A stretch of 43,387 nt of DNA, taken from Candidatus Methylomirabilota bacterium. GTDB lineage: Bacteria > Methylomirabilota > Methylomirabilia > Rokubacteriales > CSP1-6. Position 1 is the first letter of the stretch; the number at the start of each line of letters is the position of its first letter. The stretch spans positions 1-43,387 of the forward strand of contig JBKOZH010000010.1 of assembly GCA_046725765.1 (NCBI GenBank), written 5' to 3'. The notes under the pieces were generated by a model. It was not told the origin of the DNA. It saw only the letters and a program-made list of their open reading frames with translations, and did not search any database. This document shows, in pieces, positions 40,520 through 43,387 of the stretch. A program made the position numbers and the translations under genes.

Positions 40520-42418
40520 ATGGTGCGGACAGCGGTGGCGGTAACGGCGGTCGTGCTGCTGGCGACGACGGCGGCGGCCCAGGAGGTGAAGCAGGCAGAG
40601 CCGGTGGTGGTGACGGCAACGAAGATCGAGACGCCGGCCGAGCAGCTCGGCGCGTCGGTGACGGTCGTGCCCGGTGACGAGATCGACGCGCGTCGATATC
40701 CGACGGTGGACGAGGCGCTGCGCGGCGTCCCCGGTGTGGAGGTCCGACGCTCCGGCAGCTTCGGCAAATCGACGACGATCTCGATCCGCGGCGCCAACGC
40801 GCAGCAGGTGCAGGTGCTCGTGGACGGCATGCGCGTGAAGAGCACGACGCTCGGGCAGGCGGATCTCTCGGATCTCTCGCCCGACCTGATCGAGCGCATC
40901 GAGGTCATTCGCGGTCCGCAGTCGACGCTCTACGGCGCGGATGCGATTGGCGGCGTCGTCAACATCATCACCCGCAAAGGCAAAGGGCCCTTCAACCTGT
41001 GGACGACCCAGGAGGTCGGGAACTACGAGATCCTGCGCTCCACGATTGGCTTCTCGGGCTCGTACGGGATCTTCGACTACGCGTTCGCCACCGGTCACTT
41101 CGAGTCCAACGGGCAGATGATCAACGATGGCGTCGACCAGAATTCGCTCAACACCCGGCTCGGCCTCTCGCTGCCAGGCAGCACGACGCTCTCGCTCGCG
41201 GTGCGTTGGAACAAGACCGATACCGGCGTGCCGATCGAGTTCGTCGGCAACCCCGCGCCGATCGTGCCGACCATCGATCCGAACACACGGCAAGAGACCG
41301 AGACGGTCATCATCAATCTCGCCGCGCACACGCGTCCGGTGTCCTGGTGGGAGAGTGATGCCCGAGTCGGTCGCTACTGGAATCGGCAGAAGTTCGTCGA
41401 CCCGCGGGACCCGTTCGCGTGCCCCCCGGCCACCTTCGGCCCGCCGTGTGACTTCCCCGGCATGTTCAAGGTCGAGCGCCGCGAGGTCGAGTGGCTGAAC
41501 CATTTCCACATCGGCACGTGGTCGACCAGCACCTTCGGCCTCGAGTATCGCTGGGAGTCCGCCGACGTGCAGGGGACGAGCGGGTTCGGCCCCACGACGG
41601 AAACAGTCTCCGGCCTGTTCCAGCAGCAGTTCCGATTCTTCGATCGCCTGTTCATGGCCGCCGGTGTGCGCGTCGAAGACAACGACGTGTTCGGCCGCTC
41701 CGTGACCGAGCGCGGCTCGCTCTCGTTCCTGATCAAGGAGACCGGCACGCGCATCCACGGCGGCGCCGGGTCGGGCTTTCGCGCTCCGACGTTCAACGAC
41801 CTGTTCTTCCCCGGCTTCGCGAATCCCGCCCTCAAGCCCGAAGAGAGCTTTTCCTGGGACGTGGGGGTCGGACAGAAGCTTTGGGGCAATCGCATTCGCC
41901 TCGACGCCACTGTGTTCAAGAACTCGTTCACCAACCTGATCCGCTGCTGCGTGCCGCTGGCGGGGCCGCCGTTTGCCATTACCTCGAACGTCGGCCGGGC
42001 CCGTAGCCAGGGCCTCGAGTTCACGGGTGAGGTCGACCTTCTCGACAACCTCACGGCGGGCGTGAACTACACGTACACGGAGACGAAGGATCTCGACACC
42101 GGCACGTGGCTGCCGCGCGAGCCGCGTCATCGCTGGAACGCGCGCGTCGCGTGGCAGCCCATAAAGCCGCTGTCGCTGTGGACCGAGCTGCACGTGCAGA
42201 CCAGGCAATGGGAGACCCTCGGCAACATCTACGCGAGCGGCTACACGCGCCTGGACGTCGGCGGCACGTATCGCGTCCTCGAGCGCTGGGGATTGGTGAA
42301 GTACGTCGACCTCACGGCACGGATTCAGAACCTCGCGAACGAGTCGTATCAAGAGGTGCGCGGCTTCCCCGCGCTCGGTATCACGGCGATCGGAGGGGTA
42401 CGGGTGGCGTTCGAGTGA
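40520..42418 (+). CDS. btuB: TonB-dependent outer-membrane cobalamin receptor (BtuB-like)
   Basis: Trimmed from the 659-aa track ORF to ATG 40520 (SD AAAGGAG). Signal peptide MVRTAVAVTAVVLLATTAAA. TonB box EPVVVTATK. Plug domain VPGVEVRRSGSFGKSTTISIRGANAQQVQVLVDGMRV...IEVIRGPQSTLYGADAIGGVVNIITRKG. A beta-barrel makes up the remainder. Confidence 0.9.
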   Translation: MVRTAVAVTAVVLLATTAAAQEVKQAEPVVVTATKIETPAEQLGASVTVVPGDEIDARRYPTVDEALRGVPGVEVRRSGSFGKSTTISIRGANAQQVQVLVDGMRVKSTTLGQADLSDLSPDLIERIEVIRGPQSTLYGADAIGGVVNIITRKGKGPFNLWTTQEVGNYEILRSTIGFSGSYGIFDYAFATGHFESNGQMINDGVDQNSLNTRLGLSLPGSTTLSLAVRWNKTDTGVPIEFVGNPAPIVPTIDPNTRQETETVIINLAAHTRPVSWWESDARVGRYWNRQKFVDPRDPFACPPATFGPPCDFPGMFKVERREVEWLNHFHIGTWSTSTFGLEYRWESADVQGTSGFGPTTETVSGLFQQQFRFFDRLFMAAGVRVEDNDVFGRSVTERGSLSFLIKETGTRIHGGAGSGFRAPTFNDLFFPGFANPALKPEESFSWDVGVGQKLWGNRIRLDATVFKNSFTNLIRCCVPLAGPPFAITSNVGRARSQGLEFTGEVDLLDNLTAGVNYTYTETKDLDTGTWLPREPRHRWNARVAWQPIKPLSLWTELHVQTRQWETLGNIYASGYTRLDVGGTYRVLERWGLVKYVDLTARIQNLANESYQEVRGFPALGITAIGGVRVAFE

Positions 42419-43113
42419 GCATCGACGGTGTCGCGACGCGAGTGGGGCCGGAGGCCGTCGTCGTCACGGCCGAGCGTGAGCTCCTCGTGCTCTCGTCCGC
42501 CGTGGTCGGCGGGGGCTTCACCCGCGCGCGCGCCGTGCTGAACGTGCACGTGCCGAAGAATTTTCCGTGTGCGGACGCGGCGGCGACAGTGAGCGCCGCC
42601 GCGCGCCGGCTCGGCGTGCCCGCGCCGTGGGTCGGCCTTCTGACCGGCGCCTGGACGGAGCGCGCAGAGATCGCCACGGCGGTCGCCGGCGACGTGCGCG
42701 CGCTCGTCGTCGCGACCGTCGGACTGAGCAATCCGAGCGCGGCGGGGCTGAGCCCGCGGGCGCAGCCGCTGCCTGCAACGATCAACACCATCGCCGTCGT
42801 GGACGCCGACCCCGAGCCAGCGGCGCTGGTGAACCTCGTGGCCACGCTGACGGAGGTCAAGACCGACGTTCTGCGCATGGCCGGTGTTCGGTGCGACGAC
42901 GGCCGCCTCGCGACGGGCACCTCGAGTGATGCTGTCGTGGTCGCCGCGACGGGGTGCGGAGCGCGTGCCCCGTATGGAGGGCCGCTGACCGACGTCGGCT
43001 GGGCGGCGGCGCGCGCGGCGCGGTCGGCGCTCGAAACCGGCGTGCGCCGGTGGCTCGCCGACAACGCGGCCGCGGTGGCCGCGGATGGTTCGCAACGCCG
43101 AGCGCTCGAATGA
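42415..43113 (+). CDS. cbiZ: Adenosylcobinamide amidohydrolase
   Basis: This is the 3' 232 codons of the 335-aa track ORF. GTG 42415 overlaps the btuB stop (GTGA). LVLSSAVVGGGFTRARAVLNVHV...NTIAVVDADPEPAALVNLVATLTEVKTDVL...ATGTSSDAVVVA is CbiZ-like. Confidence 0.75.
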   Translation: MSIDGVATRVGPEAVVVTAERELLVLSSAVVGGGFTRARAVLNVHVPKNFPCADAAATVSAAARRLGVPAPWVGLLTGAWTERAEIATAVAGDVRALVVATVGLSNPSAAGLSPRAQPLPATINTIAVVDADPEPAALVNLVATLTEVKTDVLRMAGVRCDDGRLATGTSSDAVVVAATGCGARAPYGGPLTDVGWAAARAARSALETGVRRWLADNAAAVAADGSQRRALE

Positions 43114-43387
43114 TTCGGCTCGCGCGCTGGGTACCGCTGTCGCTCGCGATCCACGCCGCTACGCTGGGCGGCGTGTGGCGCATGCGGGAGGTGGCCGAGC
43201 CGGCGCTCTTCGTCGACATGACGCTGACGGAATCCGAGACGCCTTCAGGCCGCGAGTCGCCGCCTGGTCCGCCCGCGCGCGGCGCGGCCGCGGCGTCGAG
43301 CCCGGAGCCGCGCGTCGCCGCATCGCCACCCGATCGTGGCGCGAGCGCCCGGGCACCGGCGCCGCCGATCAGTGCGGCACCGAGCCC
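43110..43387 (+). CDS. tonB: TonB-family energy transducer, N-terminal part (runs off the right window edge)
   Basis: Not in the ORF track because there is no stop. ATG 43110 overlaps the cbiZ stop (ATGA). MIRLARWVPLSLAIHAATLGGVW contains the TonB TM S-x3-H motif (SLAIH), followed by a Pro/Ala/Ser-rich spacer. Confidence 0.55.
   Translation, partial: MIRLARWVPLSLAIHAATLGGVWRMREVAEPALFVDMTLTESETPSGRESPPGPPARGAAAASSPEPRVAASPPDRGASARAPAPPISAAPS

Noticed and set aside
34633-42352. Minus-strand ORFs 34633..35970 (445 aa), 37125..38423 (432 aa), 38851..40908 (685 aa) and 40043..42352 (769 aa)
   Set aside because: They are antisense shadows of cobU/cobT, btuF, btuC/btuD and btuB. Two of them even run straight through the riboswitch 2 region. 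They have low-complexity Arg/Ser/Thr/Pro composition.
1-43387. Search for CRISPR arrays, tRNA/rRNA genes, IS elements, integrases, toxin-antitoxin pairs or phage-like genes
   Set aside because: I found no direct-repeat/spacer arrays. No intergenic gap is large enough for, or resembles, a tRNA (no GGTTCGAATCC-like T-arm). I saw no DDE/HUH transposase, tyrosine recombinase or terminal inverted repeats. The window looks like core chromosome rather than an accessory island.

Overview
This is a very GC-rich (roughly 70%), tightly packed chromosomal segment from a diderm bacterium. All calls rest on my own reading and translation plus the ORF track; no searches were run, so family names are motif-level recognitions. 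I see about 48 real genes, no rRNA or tRNA, no CRISPR array and no transposase or integrase. Most long Arg/Ala/Gly-rich ORFs in the track are antisense or out-of-frame shadows of real genes.

Layout:
- 1-9850 (-): a complete type II secretion operon, gspE-F-G-H-I-J-K-L-M-(gspC-like)-gspD. The secretin runs off the left edge.
- 9854-21231: housekeeping genes. These are a ZIP transporter, aroQ, an ECF sigma factor with a fused membrane anchor and outer domain, an HdrB-like protein, DinB, an acyl-CoA carboxyltransferase, GTP-PEPCK, cobS-cobC and an orphan E1 alpha/beta pair.
- 21312-26332 (+): a Dpp/Gsi-type importer (binding protein plus two permeases, no ATPase) followed by a leaderless gamma-glutamyltransferase.
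- 26336-32037 (-): a seven-gene cluster of exported TPR paralogs, DUF proteins and a diiron protein, with a striking tandem palindrome in its only gap.
- 32060-34213: hslR, an ORF interrupted by an in-frame TGA, DUF169 and a basic DUF6496-like protein.
- 34240-43387 (+): a cobalamin salvage and uptake locus under two B12 riboswitches. The order is cobU-cobT-cobQ~btuF-btuC-btuD, then riboswitch-btuB-cbiZ-tonB.

The best candidates for something undescribed are the TPR/DUF envelope cluster with its palindromic element, the membrane-anchored ECF sigma factor, and the stop-less cobQ-btuF junction.
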